Positions 29,601 through 42,910 of a DNA stretch of 64,000 nucleotides are shown here, one piece after another. The stretch is from Eledone cirrhosa. Its lineage: Eukaryota. The DNA is taken from contig OZ024764.1 of assembly GCA_964016885.1 (NCBI GenBank), forward strand, positions 14,694,001 to 14,758,000, given 5' to 3'. A model generated the notes under the pieces. The model was given only the letters and a program-made list of their open reading frames with translations, had not been told where the DNA came from and searched no databases. A program made the translations under genes and the position numbers. The number at the start of each line of letters is the position of its first letter. Position 1 is the first letter of the stretch.

Positions 29601-29965
29601 CTCGGTAGAAAGCTGGTCGTCGGAGGTAAAGTGGCCCTGATTACAGGTCTAGTATTGAAGCCTTTCGGCTTGAGCCTTGCTGATGCCAACAGAGTTCCTG
29701 TGGTAGTTTTGGTAGCACAGGTGACATTTTATTGTGTTTAGGTACCGGCTAGTGCGGACACAGAGAGCACAACCATGTGGTGAGCTGGCAACGACCAAGT
29801 GTAGAGGGCCAGCTTTGAAATTCGAGCGACGGAGTGAACTAGTAAAAGAGGCAGGGTAAGCAGCATTGGTTCTAACGGTGGGACTAGAACGGAGGTTGGG
29901 TGGTGCTGGGGGTGGGCTAACAGCTAACAGTTGTAGGAATGGTGGGGGTTTGGTAGGATTAATTT

Positions 29966-31455
29966 TTACATCTGTCTGTGAACTCTTGAAAAAGCAACAT
30001 ACAATTGTCCAGGGTTAAATACTTGCTCAGGGAGGAACAGACCCACTTTATCATGTATTTGACCATGGTTCTTGTTGATTGTCATGGCATATGACAGTCT
30101 TAATGGAAACTGGGGTCTTTCCAAAGTAAAAAGGGATGTTGGCACCACTGGGGCTAACTTCAGTCTTGGGATCAAAACACACCTGCCCATCAAAGGACCA
30201 TAGATATGAGAAGCTTTGATAAAATGTTTATGCAGTTCTACTACTTCTAATCTTGTGCCATTACATAATCTGTTCTGGATTGAAATATTTCATAGAAGCA
30301 TTATTATTGATCCTGCTTTTAATTGGAGTTTGTGAGGCGGCATCCCAGAAGGTGTAAGCAAGTTCATTTAGCTTGAACCAGGCAGCAAGGGTCCCTGCAT
30401 TTCTACCACAACCTGAGCATTGCCTCTTTGAAAGTAAACTCTGTTTGTTCTCCAGGTGTGTGGCTAGGCTGTATACTGTATGTGATGTACCATGAAGCTT
30501 AAATTCCGAGAGACACGACACTGCTTCTGGCTGAGACACATACCTGCAACAAAGATAGGTTCTTATTTCATCATGGTTGTGTTGGTTCTGAGCCTCATTA
30601 GGTAATGCATTATTCGTTACTTCTATAGATGTACAATCATGCCCCATGTAACATATTTAAAGAGGTACTTGATACTTTTTACAGAAGAGCAAACTTCAAC
30701 ATTAATATGTGCACAATATTTCTTAAGCAAAAAGGCATTAAATGGCACAACATTCCTGTTATCTACTGAATGTCATCCAATTTACACTGCAGTTCCTGTC
30801 TTGCACCTCCTGTACTCTGGGTATCCATTTAGGTTCAATAATGTTTCCCTTCTGTAGGTTTTTGGATAGTTCTTTTGGAAAAATCCATTTTGTATAAATG
30901 GGGGAAAAGGGTTTCCAGAACCACATGGCCCGTGGATCATAAACTTTTAAACCTGCTCATGTAGTACTGGATCATCTTCCAATGCAGGTATTTCTGCTGA
31001 CACGATTCTGTCAATGTCTTCTCTGTTTCTTATCTTGTCTTCATTTCTTAAGGCTCAGTGTTATCATCTGTTTAGATAATTCATTAAACCATTATACTCA
31101 TCCACTCACAATTGGGCTTGATTGTTCCTCAAATATTGAAGCCTGCATCCCTCTACTTTCATATAGGCTTCCACTAAATACTGCTGAAATAATTTACCTG
31201 CCCTATATATCGCACTAAATCCTCCTCTATATGCTATACTGTATATGTAATACTCCTGCATTGTCAGTCTATTGCAAACACAGGTCCTGCATTCCTCTCC
31301 ATGTCACTATGCCACCAAAATTCACCATTATGGGTCGGTCATGAGGTCCAAGTGGCATGAATTATGTGATATTTTCTGAGGAGGATGGTCCTTAGGAAAG
31401 ATGATAATATCTCTTTGTACAGGTGGTGTGCCCTCAATCCCCCACAAAACAACAG
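29966..31455 (-). pseudogene. Helitron remnant, copy 3, truncated at a MITE
   Basis: Matches copies 1 and 2 up to aacagcta, then switches to the MITE TIR. Confidence 0.9.
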
Positions 31456-31725
31456 CTAGAGCATTAGGCGGGTAGCGAAAGTAGCAATAATGGCCCGTGT
31501 AAGTGGGCCATCTCTCTATATCGGCTTGTACAGGTAAGAGAAGAAGGGAGCATCCCCCTCTCTCTGTGCTCCCTGGCAGAAAGGTCGCACACTTTATACG
31601 GGGGTGTGTGTGACCCCAAAAGGCTGCCTCTCTATTGAGGACTTAATTTTTTATATTCCTTTTTAATCACTCGTTAAATGTTTGTACTTGATTTTTGTAA
31701 AAAATTCCCCCGCCTAATGCTCTAG
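31456..31725. mobile_element. 270-bp MITE (mirror copy 42641-42910)
   Basis: Perfect 17-bp TIRs ctagagcattaggcggg / cccgcctaatgctctag. Confidence 0.85.
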
Positions 31726-32419
31726 TGGCAAATAAATCGCAAAAAAACAAACAATAAATAAATCTATATTTCTTTTAACGGCTAAAAAAAAGGGAATGTA
31801 AATTTGTTGGAATAGCCTCATACATTGAAGTAAGCAGCAACTACAGCACGTAAGCAGCATTTAGTCCACTAAAATTGGATATCGCCATTTACTTTCTACT
31901 ACGAAAAATATATTAACCTTCTCTATGCAGGAAAATACCTTTCCTATTTTCTTTTAAGAAACAAAATATGTATAGCTACAGTTGTATTTTTTTCTTCTCC
32001 ATTTCTTTCACAACGAAGCACGGCAGCTTCATTTCTCGCACACGTGTGTGAATAAAAAACGTTAAACACTTGGATTTTACTAAATTTTAGGTTGATCAGT
32101 TATTGAAACATTTTCTGTATATTTCCCTCCATAATGTTAGAAATAATTATTTAAACGTTAGGTTTTTTTTTTTGCTTCGGCTTAGGGTATGTATGTGCCA
32201 TAGTATCTCCTGTGGCCAACTAAGCCCTGGTCATCATAAGCTTAGAGGGTGAAAGAAGCAGTTTTAGGTCATATACTTCACATAGCATCTCCTATGGCCA
32301 CCTAACACCCTGGTCAATGTCCCATAGTTTCTCCCACGCTAGCATGGGTCGTTTTGCTTATATATATATATATATGTATGTGTGTGCAATTATATTTGTC
32401 CATCAATTGTGTATACACA

Positions 32420-32527
32420 GTTTGAGGTTGGACCTTCGTAAAGACCTGAAGATTCATCTGTATTGCTGTACGGGTCTGAGACTTGGTCACTGACCAAGAG
32501 ATTCACTCAGATGGTGGATGGGTGCTA
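32420..32527 (+). pseudogene. LINE RT thumb fragment (mirror ~41800-41910; a second fragment at ~33575-33660)
   Basis: LLYGSETWSLTKRFTQMVDGC and LLYGAETWPHTKSIDSRALRTI. Confidence 0.7.
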
Positions 32528-34172
32528 AATATATATATTTATACACATTTTTCTTTTCCTGAAGTGTGTAGACATTTTTTTTGTATACACACTTATTGGC
32601 ATTAGCTGTCTTGTTACTTAGAAGAAATGAAAAAGCAAAAGTTTGGTTTATTTCACATGTTCGTCGCTAGATAAGGAAGTTTATTTACATTCCTTTGAAG
32701 ATGTCAGTAATATTTTCCTGTGTAGAGAAGGTTTAATTCTGTTTCTTAGTAAAAAAGAGAATCAGAAGTATATATGTAAGAGGGCTGACTGACCAAATGG
32801 AAAGAAACAATGCAGTTATTAGTAAGGAGAGTTGAAATTAATGCATGCAAGATTTCACTGTTCTAGCATCACTCCTTCATAGTCAGCCTATGAGCTTTTC
32901 AGTTGACCCTCGTTTGTACAGAAGAAGGTTTATATAAGTGTAACTTTGTGTGTGTCTAAAGAAGATTTAGTTTTGTTTATTAGACAAAGAAAGTATGTAT
33001 ATATAAATGTAACAGATAGAATGCCTTCATTTCAGCTGTCTGAATTCAAATCCCATCAAGGCCAACTTTGCCTTTCATCCATTCAAGGTTGATAAAAAAA
33101 GTACCAGTCTAGTACTGGGGTGAATTCTTCCTCTACACTTCTCTAGAAGAAATCCGCTGTATTCAGACCTGGGCTCTGCCAGGTTTTAAAAAGAGCCCTA
33201 GAAACACTGTATGTCAATGCGTTGCCTCTATGACTCCCTTGGGAGTTACGGGTCCATACATATAACTCTCACAGCTTGGAAGTTCTGTATATAATTCTTT
33301 AAAAACATTTCATCAGTACACTCAGCTGAGGAGTTAATCCTGCGATAGGCCAGTGTCCTATCCAGGGAGAGTCTTATACTCTCAGACACTTAATTCCAAA
33401 GAAACTGGTGAGAAGCTGAGAACAGATTTTATATATACTATATTTAGGTTTAATCAATACATATATTGATGATTGGAATCATGGTCTTAAGATTACCCAA
33501 ATCGATACTAACTATTACAAATACAGATCTGTCTAAGGCTATGTTACCTACATATTAATTGTTCTGAAAAGATGCATCAGTCTTCTCCTCTATGGAGCAG
33601 AAACGTGGCCCCACACAAAGTCGATTGATAGCAGAGCCCTGAGGACCATCTAAAACATCAGCCCACAGCCTTACTCTCGTTCAACACAATAGCACCTGGT
33701 AGGCTCTACCCATGATGATGCCGGTCTAGATATACAAAATACTCGAATATAAGGTGAGCCTCCTCCCTATCTTATGTCTAAGAAGTGGGCAAAAATGCGA
33801 ACCTTATTTACGTAGAATTTGAAGTTGGCGAAAATGGTCCTTGCTACAAAACTATTGACTCCCTATATAAGTCAACCCCTTACTACATATTCCCTGGCTT
33901 CTATTCGTGTAAATCCCGTTATATATGTAGAAAACACTAGCAGTTCCTTAATGGCTATATATCCCGTTATATTTATATAGAAAGAGAAACGGAAAGAAAG
34001 CGAGATAACACTCGGAATATGTCGTGTTATCTTGCTTTCTTTCCGTTTCTTTTTTTTTTAAAAAGAAGTAAAATGTTAGCTATAAGTATGCCTATTTGAC
34101 TCTGTAGAATTGCGGCTTGTGCGTGGCGCTGCACGTAGCGTTTCTGGCTTCGCTGTCGTACTTCGGTATGGC

Positions 34173-35249
34173 ATGACCACTCGATCGTGTCTGAAGTTCG
34201 AATCGTTGCGGGGTCGGCCGGGACCGTTGCAGGCTGGCTTTATGCTGGCCTGCTCTCCCGCCTCGCATGAGTTTTTGCCAAACAATTTGACGAGAGTTAT
34301 TTGCCCTTTGTTGACATTGAACTACTTCCGGTTTGTGGAACTCTTCTTCCTTTGTTGTCATTTCTTGAAGCTGTAACATCATTCTATTTACTCTGGGACT
34401 ATTAACGATATCTGTTTGGATTTTACGTGTAAAGAGGTATGTAAAGTTTTATTTGCCGTTTATACACACATTATTGAGACACAAAAGTAAGTTGCCATGT
34501 CTTTTAAAGAAACAAAACTAAATATATACACGCAGCTACCTCTTCTAACTAAACATACATGTTACCCTCCTCTATTATGAAACAAAACTAACCATGATCT
34601 GTATATATACACCTCTTCTAACATGTTACAACTAAATCTTCTCTCGATACTATATACATACTTGTAAGGAAATATAACCAAGCTTCCTCTCTATACACAT
34701 TTTATCTTCTGTATATAAACCTTATACCTGAATACACAGATATTCTATATACAAGAAGACACTTTTTCACGTCAATACACAAACACTTCAGGCATATTTA
34801 TGTATTAGCCGTAAATTTATTCTAAACCATGTAGAGGAAGAATCCTGGGGACATACGTACACATGAAGCTATATTCATATATAAACCGTCTCCCTTCTAT
34901 CATAACAGATACTTATGAGGCGCAATATACAAACTTGTTCATACTGGAATAATAAACATGAAACTAAACCTTCTCTAGACATATGAATATAGAAGCTAAA
35001 CCATACAGTTATATTTTATATCTAACGAAGCATGGTAGCTCCATTACTCTGCCGTAACACTCCTTACTACTACTTCTAGCATCCTCACCTGCTTGATAGC
35101 TACATCATCCATATATAAACGTTCTTCACTAGATACAAAACTAAACCTTTATATATACACAACTAACCTATTTTATATTCCTAAGGAAGAGCACCAGACC
35201 TGGAGACTACTACAACCCGATCTCAAGAAGAAAGGTAAATAAATTGTGA
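34173..35249 (+). pseudogene. Left-arm copy of the candidate small membrane-protein gene; first donor mutated, different last exon (35186-35249)
   Basis: Same ATG and 66-nt exon (34371-34436). Donor is GAGAGT instead of GTGAGT. Last exon follows actaac..ttttatattcctaAG and ends at TGA overlapping AATAAA. Confidence 0.35.
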
Positions 35250-36044
35250 AATAAAAGAATAAACCAGTATTTTCCTTTGTTGCCTTATTATTTACTCCCT
35301 GTATATATACACACACTAGACACCTCTTACACTGTAGGAAGACAAAAACCTTCTGTCACTGTATACTAGATTCATATTATATAAATTATTTCCTAGATAC
35401 ACCTATTAGAAACAAGCCATCTCTATATACAGGTAAATAACATCAATGTAGACATGTCTGTATATAAGGAACTGTATTCTATAGAACATATCTAAACCCA
35501 CATTGTGTGTGTCTCTTTATATTATACACGTGTATGTAGAAACCTGGAAGTGATCATACATATATAAGATAAGAGGTTTTGATCTGTACATACAGATCAA
35601 TACATTCTCGCTAGATACTACACATATGTCTCTTAGGAAACTACTACTATTGTTCTTCTAGTTGTGTATAAGGATCTCACAGTAGAACGTGTACATGCTT
35701 CCTAAGAAGCAAGAGAGCTAACTGTATAAATACAAAGAAATTTAGTGTTCTTTACATACACACAAAGCTTACTTCATGTCTATAATTACCTTCTTCTCTA
35801 TATTGAAAGAAGTACCTCCATTATATATTGAAGTTGTGTTCAATAGAGTACAGTATGTAGAACCATATGTACGCAGTTACCCTGTTCTCCTCTAGACAGG
35901 GATGAACACTTTAGTGTATATAAAGCATATCTTTATTGTAAATTTAGAAGTTACACTACACATATAAAGACAACAACCTACATACATATTAATACCCTTA
36001 TATCTCTAGACTACTGTATTATATAAATATAGCTAAGGAATTAA

Positions 36045-37960
36045 AGATGTATGTATATTTATACATACATATGCATGTATATATACATACATATGTATGT
36101 ATATATATACATATGTATATATACATACGTATGTATATATACATACATACGTATGTATGTATATATACATATGTATCTATGTTTATACATATGTATGTAC
36201 ATACATACGTATGTATGTACATACGTATATATACATACATATGTAAGTACATACGTATGTATGTATATATGTATGTACATACGTATATAAGTACATACGT
36301 ATATGTATATACATACGCATGTATGTATATATATACATACGCTTGTATGTACATACATACGTATGTATATACATACGCATGTATGTACATACATACGCAT
36401 GTATGTACATACATACGTATGTATATACATACGCATGTATGTACATACATACGTATGTATATACATACATATGTATATACATACATACGTATGTATATAC
36501 ATACATACGTATGTATATACATACATACGTATGTATATACATACGTATGTATGTACATACATACATCCGTATGTATATACATACGTACGTATGTACATAC
36601 ATATGTATGTAAGTACATACGCATGTATATACATACATTTGTATGTAAATACATACGTATGTATGTATATACATACATACATACGTATGTAAGTACATAC
36701 GTATGTATGTATATACATACGTATGTATGTACATGCGTATGTATATACATACGTATGTATATACATACGTACGTATATATATACATACATACGTATGTAC
36801 TTACATACATACGTATGTACTTACATATGTATGTACATACATATGTATGTACATAGATACGTATGTACTTACATACGTATGTACATACATACGTATGTAC
36901 TTACATACGTATGTATGTACATACATACGTATGTACTTACATATGTATGTACATACATACGTATGTATGTACATACATCCGTATGTATGTACATACGTAT
37001 GTATATACATACATATGTATATACATACGTATGTACTTACATACGTATGTATATACATACATACGTATGTATTTACATACAAATGTATGTATATACATGC
37101 GTATGTACATACGTACGTATATACATACATACGTACGTATATACATACATACGTATGTATGTACATACGTACGTATGTATATACATACATACGTATGTAC
37201 TTACATACATACGTATGTACTTACATATGTACGTACATACATACGTATGTACATACATACGTATGTACTTACATACGTATGTACATACATACGTATGTAC
37301 TTACATACGTATGTATGTACATACATACGTATGTACTTACATACGTATGTACATACGTATGTACTTACATATGTATGTACTTACATATGTATGTACATAC
37401 ATACGTATGTATGTACATACATATGTATATACATACGTATGTACTTACATATGTATATACATACATACGTATGTATGTACATACATACATACGTATGTAT
37501 ATACATACATACGTATGTATGTATATACATACATACGTATGTATTTACATACATACGTATGTATTTACATACAAATGTATGTACGTACGTATGTATATAC
37601 ATACGTATGTATGTATATACATGCGTATGTATATACATACATATGTATGTACATACGTACGTATATACATACATACGTACGTATGTATGTAAATACGTAC
37701 GTATGTATATACATACATACGTATGTACTTACATATGTATGTATGTACATACATACGTATGTACATACATACATACGTATGTACTTACATATGTATGTAT
37801 GTATATACATACGTATGTACATACATACATATGTATGTACATACATACGTATGTATGTATATACATACATACGTATATACCTACATATGTATGTACATAC
37901 ATACGTATGTATACACATATGTGTATACATACATATGTATATATACATACATATGTATGT
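36045..37960. repeat. Alternating purine/pyrimidine, self-complementary satellite (tatg/cata/tacg)
   Basis: Read directly; flanked by the direct repeat ttatataaatatagctaagga at 36019 and ~37961. Confidence 0.95.
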
Positions 37961-38783
37961 TTATATAAATATAGCTAAGGAGTTAAACTTTTTTCTCTAG
38001 ATAGAGATAAGTATGTCTATTCTATAGGATACTATTACCTTAAAACCATGTGTATATATACACTTACTTCTATAGAATCCATACATATTAACACCCTTCT
38101 ATCTCTAGGCATATGTATACATACAGAAAGAAATGGCCTCACTAGAATACTGCATTATATACATTACTTTCATGAAAGATGATTCGAACTGAATTCATAC
38201 TTCTATTCCTATATACATACTGGGAGAGATATAGAATACAAATTTATTCTATATACAGAAGGAAATAAACTTACTAGAATACTCTATATATACACATTAT
38301 AAATGTTTATAATATGAAACTTCTTTATTAATACCTATATACTTACTGGTAAGTATGAGAGAGATATAGAATATCCACATAACCTCTTACAGGAGATATA
38401 GAATACCTATATACACAGTTTCCATTCTCAAAGAAACTTCTCTATAGCACCACACTTACTTCTTTCAGTAAGAAGGATGTTTCTTACTGGGATTCTATAG
38501 TGTAGATACACATTAATTAATCTAGTCTATATATACACTTCTTTCAAGAAGGATGTTTCTCACTAATTACATAATAATTGAATTCTCTCACATGTTAATA
38601 CCTTTTTATCTCTAGGCATGTGTTTAACAATCCACTAGTTATATATACACAGCTGTTAATTCCTATATATTTAATATGAATGAAAGTTAAACGATCTACA
38701 TGTAAGATACTACCTGTGTATATATATAAGAAACGAAAATGTGAAATAAAGATCAATAAATAAACTACATTTTGTTGTTGGAG

Positions 38784-40154
38784 TTATTTTATTTCTTGAG
38801 ACGACTGTGTGTATCTACACACTAAGTTGAGCTGGCGGAGATCTTCAACATACCTGGAAAGAAGCAGAGGGTATTAATAAAAACAATCCAGATTACACAG
38901 CTCTAACACCAATACTTTTCTAGAGGCAGAAATTAAACCTCTTTATCATGAACAGTTTAGTTTCTTAGGAGAGTGGGTATAGGGCTGTGAAATACAGTTT
39001 CTTATATGCCTCTAGATAAGGTATTACTGTATATATGGGTTTTTTTTTTTATTATAGAGGAGGATAGTAAATATAAGCCTTCTAGATGTTACAGAGGAGT
39101 CTCTACATACAAAAAGTAGATTCTTTGCTGTGTACACACAATATATAGAAGTGTATTATATACACACGTGTGTACAATATTTATATAACAAGGCAGTGTA
39201 TTCTATAAAAAAACTATGTATGGGGAGTTGTTTTCCTCTATTGAGAAGGATAGTGAATATAATGTCTTCTACATACAATAAATAGATGCCTTGATAAAAT
39301 ATCCAGTTTTATGTAAGTATCCTCGGGAAAAGTAGTAGAGAAGAGGGTTTTAACTTTGCCTTGTGTGTATGTAGATGCTGCATATATACGATACTTCGAA
39401 GTGTGTTTATGTATAGAGAGAGGGTCTGTATTCTATATACTACAGTTTCTTATATAGCTCCGGATACTGTGTATAATGAGGAGATATACCTTTCTTCTAA
39501 GTAAGTATATACAGAGAAAGTGTAATAGAGATACGATTATAATATAAATATATAGTTGATATGATGTGTGCAAGAGAGAATGCTGAGTTGGAGTAAAGGT
39601 GGTGATGCCGAGGTAACTCGACGTAGAAATTACGATGGTATAGTATAGAGAGGAAAGTAACATGTATGTTTAGTTAGAAGAGGTAGCAGCGTGTATATAT
39701 TATTTGTTTTGTTTTGTTTCTCGGAAGGAGGTTTAGTTCTGTGAAGAGTGTTTAGAATAAATTTAAAAGACATGGCAACTAAAACATTACAAGAATGTAT
39801 ATTTCCAAGATAATGAAATGTATTTTTGTGTCTCAATAATATCCGTGAGTGTGAATAAAACTTTACATACCTCTTTACACGTAAAATCCAAACAGATATC
39901 GTTAATAGTCCCAGAGTAAATAGAATGATGTTACAGCTTCAAGAAATGACAACAAAGGAAGAAGAGTTCCACAAACCGGAAGTAGTTCAATGTCAACAAA
40001 GGGCAAATAAATCCATTCAAAGGGAGATAACTCACGTCAAATTGTTTGGCAAAAACTCATGCGAGGCGGGAGAGCAGGCCAGCATAAAGCCAGCCTGCAA
40101 CGGTCCCGGCCGACCCCGCAACGATTCGAACTTCAGACACGATCGAGTGGTCAT
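38784..40154 (-). CDS. Candidate 3-exon, 84-aa single-pass membrane protein (exons 40154-40036, 39936-39871, 38853-38784)
   Basis: Donors GTGAGT and GTATGT, polypyrimidine acceptors, both introns phase 2, one open frame. Hydrophobic IILFTLGLLTISVWIL followed by RVKR. No homology recognised. Confidence 0.42.
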
Positions 40155-41938
40155 GCCATACCGAAGTACGACAGCGAAGCCAGAAACGCTACGTGCAGCG
40201 CCACGCACAAGCCGCAATTCTACAGAGTCAAATAGGCATACTTATAGCTAACATTTTACTTCTTTTTAAAAAAAAAAAGAAACGGAAAGAAAGCAAGATA
40301 ACACGACATATTCCGAGTGTTATCTCGCTTTCTTTCCGTTTCTCTTTCTATATAAATATAACGGGATATATAGCCATTAAGGAACTGCTAGTGTTTTGTA
40401 CATATATAACGGGATTTACACGAATAGAAGCCAGGGAATATGTAGTAAGGGGTTGACTTATATAGGGAGTCAATAGTTTTGTAGCAAGGACAATTTTCGC
40501 CAACTTCAAATTCTACGTAAATAAGGTTCGCATTTTTGCCCACTTCTTAGACATAAGATAGGGAGGAGGCTCACCTTATATTCGAGTATTTTGTATATCT
40601 AGACCGGCATCATCATGGGTAGAGCCTACCAGGTGCTATTGTGTTGAACGAGAGTAAGGCTGTGGGCTGATGTTTTAGATGGTCCTCAGGGCTCTGCTAT
40701 CAATCGACTTTGTGTGGGGCCACTTTCTGCTCCATAGAGGAGAAGACTGATGCATCTTTTCAGAACAATTAATATGTAGGTAACATAGCCTTAGACAGAT
40801 CTGTATTTGTAATAGTTAGTATCGATTTGGGTAATCTTAAGACCATGATTCCAATCATCAATATATGTATTGATTAAACCTAAATATAGTATATATAAAA
40901 TCTGTTCTCAGCTTCTCACCAGTTTCTTTGGAATTAAGTGTCTGAGAGTATAAGACTCTCCCTGGATAGGACACTGGCCTATCACAGGATTAACTCCTCA
41001 GCTGAGTGTACTGATGAAATGTTTTTAAAGAATTATATACAGAACTTCCAAGCTGTGAGAGTTATATGTATGGACCCGTAACTCCCAAGGGAGTCATAGA
41101 GGCAACGCATTGACATACAGTGTTTCTAGGGCTCTTTTTAAAACCTGGCAGAGCCCAGGTCTGAATACAGCGGATTTCTAGAGAAGTGTAGAGGAAGAAT
41201 TCACCCCAGTACTAGACTGGTACTTTTTTTATCAACCTTGAATGGATGAAAGGCAAAGTTGGCCTTGATGGGATTTGAATTCAGACAGCTGAAATGAAGG
41301 CATTCTATCTGTTACATTTATATATACATACTTTCTTTGTCTAATAAACAAAACTAAATCTTCTTTAGACACACACATAAAGTTACACTTATATAAACCT
41401 TCTTCTGTACAAACGAGGGTCAACTGAAAAGCTCATAGGCTGACTATGAAGGAGTGATGCTAGAACAGTGAAATCTTGCATGCATTAATTTCAACTCTCC
41501 TTACTAATAACTGCATTGTTTCTTTCCATTTGGTCAGTCAGCCCTCTTACATATATACTTCTGATTCTCTTTTTTACTAAGAAACAGAATTAAACCTTCT
41601 CTACACAGGAAAATATTACTGACATCTTCAAAGGAATGTAAATAAACTTCCTTATCTAGCGACGAACATGTGAAATAAACCAAACTTTTGCTTTTTCATT
41701 TCTTCTAAGTAACAAGACAGCTAATGCCAATAAGTGTGTATACAAAAAAAATGTCTACACACTTCAGGAAAAGAAAAATGTGTATAAATATATATATTTA
41801 GCACCCATCCACCATCTGAGTGAATCTCTTGGTCAGTGTCCAAGTCTCAGACCCGTACAGCAATACAGATGAATCTTCAGGTCTTTACGAAGGTCCAACC
41901 TCAAACTGTGTATACACAATTGATGGACAAATATAATT

Positions 41939-42007
<69 letters not shown>

Positions 42008-42910
42008 AGCAAAACAACCCATGCTAGCGTGGGAGAAACTATGGGACATTGACCAGGGTGTTAGGTGGCCATAGGAGATGCTATGTGAAGTATATGACCT
42101 AAAACTGCTTCTTTCACCCTCTAAGCTTATGATGACGAGGGCTTAGTTGGCCACAGGAGATACTATGGCACATACATACCCTAAGCCGAAGCAAAAAAAA
42201 AACCTAACGTTTAAATAATTATTTCTAACATTATGGAGGGAAATATACAGAAAATGTTTCAATAACTGATCAACCTAAAATTTAGTAAAATCCAAGTGTT
42301 TAACGTTTTTTATTCACACACGTGTGTGAGAAATGAAGCTGCCGTGCTTCATTGTGAAAGAAATGGAGAAGAAAAAAATACAACTGTAGCTATACATATT
42401 TTGTTTCTTAAAAGAAAATAGGAAAGGTATTTTCCTGCATAGAGAAGGTTAATATATTTTTCGTAGTAGAAAGTAAATGGCGATATCCAATTTTAGTGGA
42501 CTAAATGCTGCTTACGTGCTATAGTTGCTGCTTACTTCAATGTATGAGGCTATTCCAACAAATTTACATTCCCTTTTTTTTAGCCGTTAAAAGAAATATA
42601 GATTTATTTATTGTTTTTTTTATTTGCGATTTATTTGCCACTAGAGCATTAGGCGGGGGAATTTTTTACAAAAATCAAGTACAAACATTTAACGAGTGAT
42701 TAAAAAGGAATATAAAAAATTAAGTCCTCAATAGAGAGGCAGCCTTTTGGGGTCACACACACCCCCGTATAAAGTGTGCGACCTTTCTGCCAGGGAGCAC
42801 AGAGAGAGGGGGATGCTCCCTTCTTCTCTTACCTGTACAAGCCGATATAGAGAGATGGCCCACTTACACGGGCCATTATTGCTACTTTCGCTACCCGCCT
42901 AATGCTCTAG

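Larger units (their letters stand above)
1..31455. repeat. Tandem segmental duplication, ~2.4 copies of a ~13 kb block (approx. 1-11950, 11950-24980, 24980-31455)
   Basis: Near-identical ORFs recur at 4799/17846/30261, 9354/22371 and 329/26301. The window-start sequence recurs at ~25987. Confidence 0.95.

Noticed and set aside
36019-38000. Tyr/His/Thr-rich ORFs on both strands (also 63029-63751)
   Set aside because: Microsatellite translation.
39925-40251. Outward-facing 108-aa ORF
   Set aside because: Antisense to the better-supported spliced model, frameshifted in the other arm, no recognisable domain.
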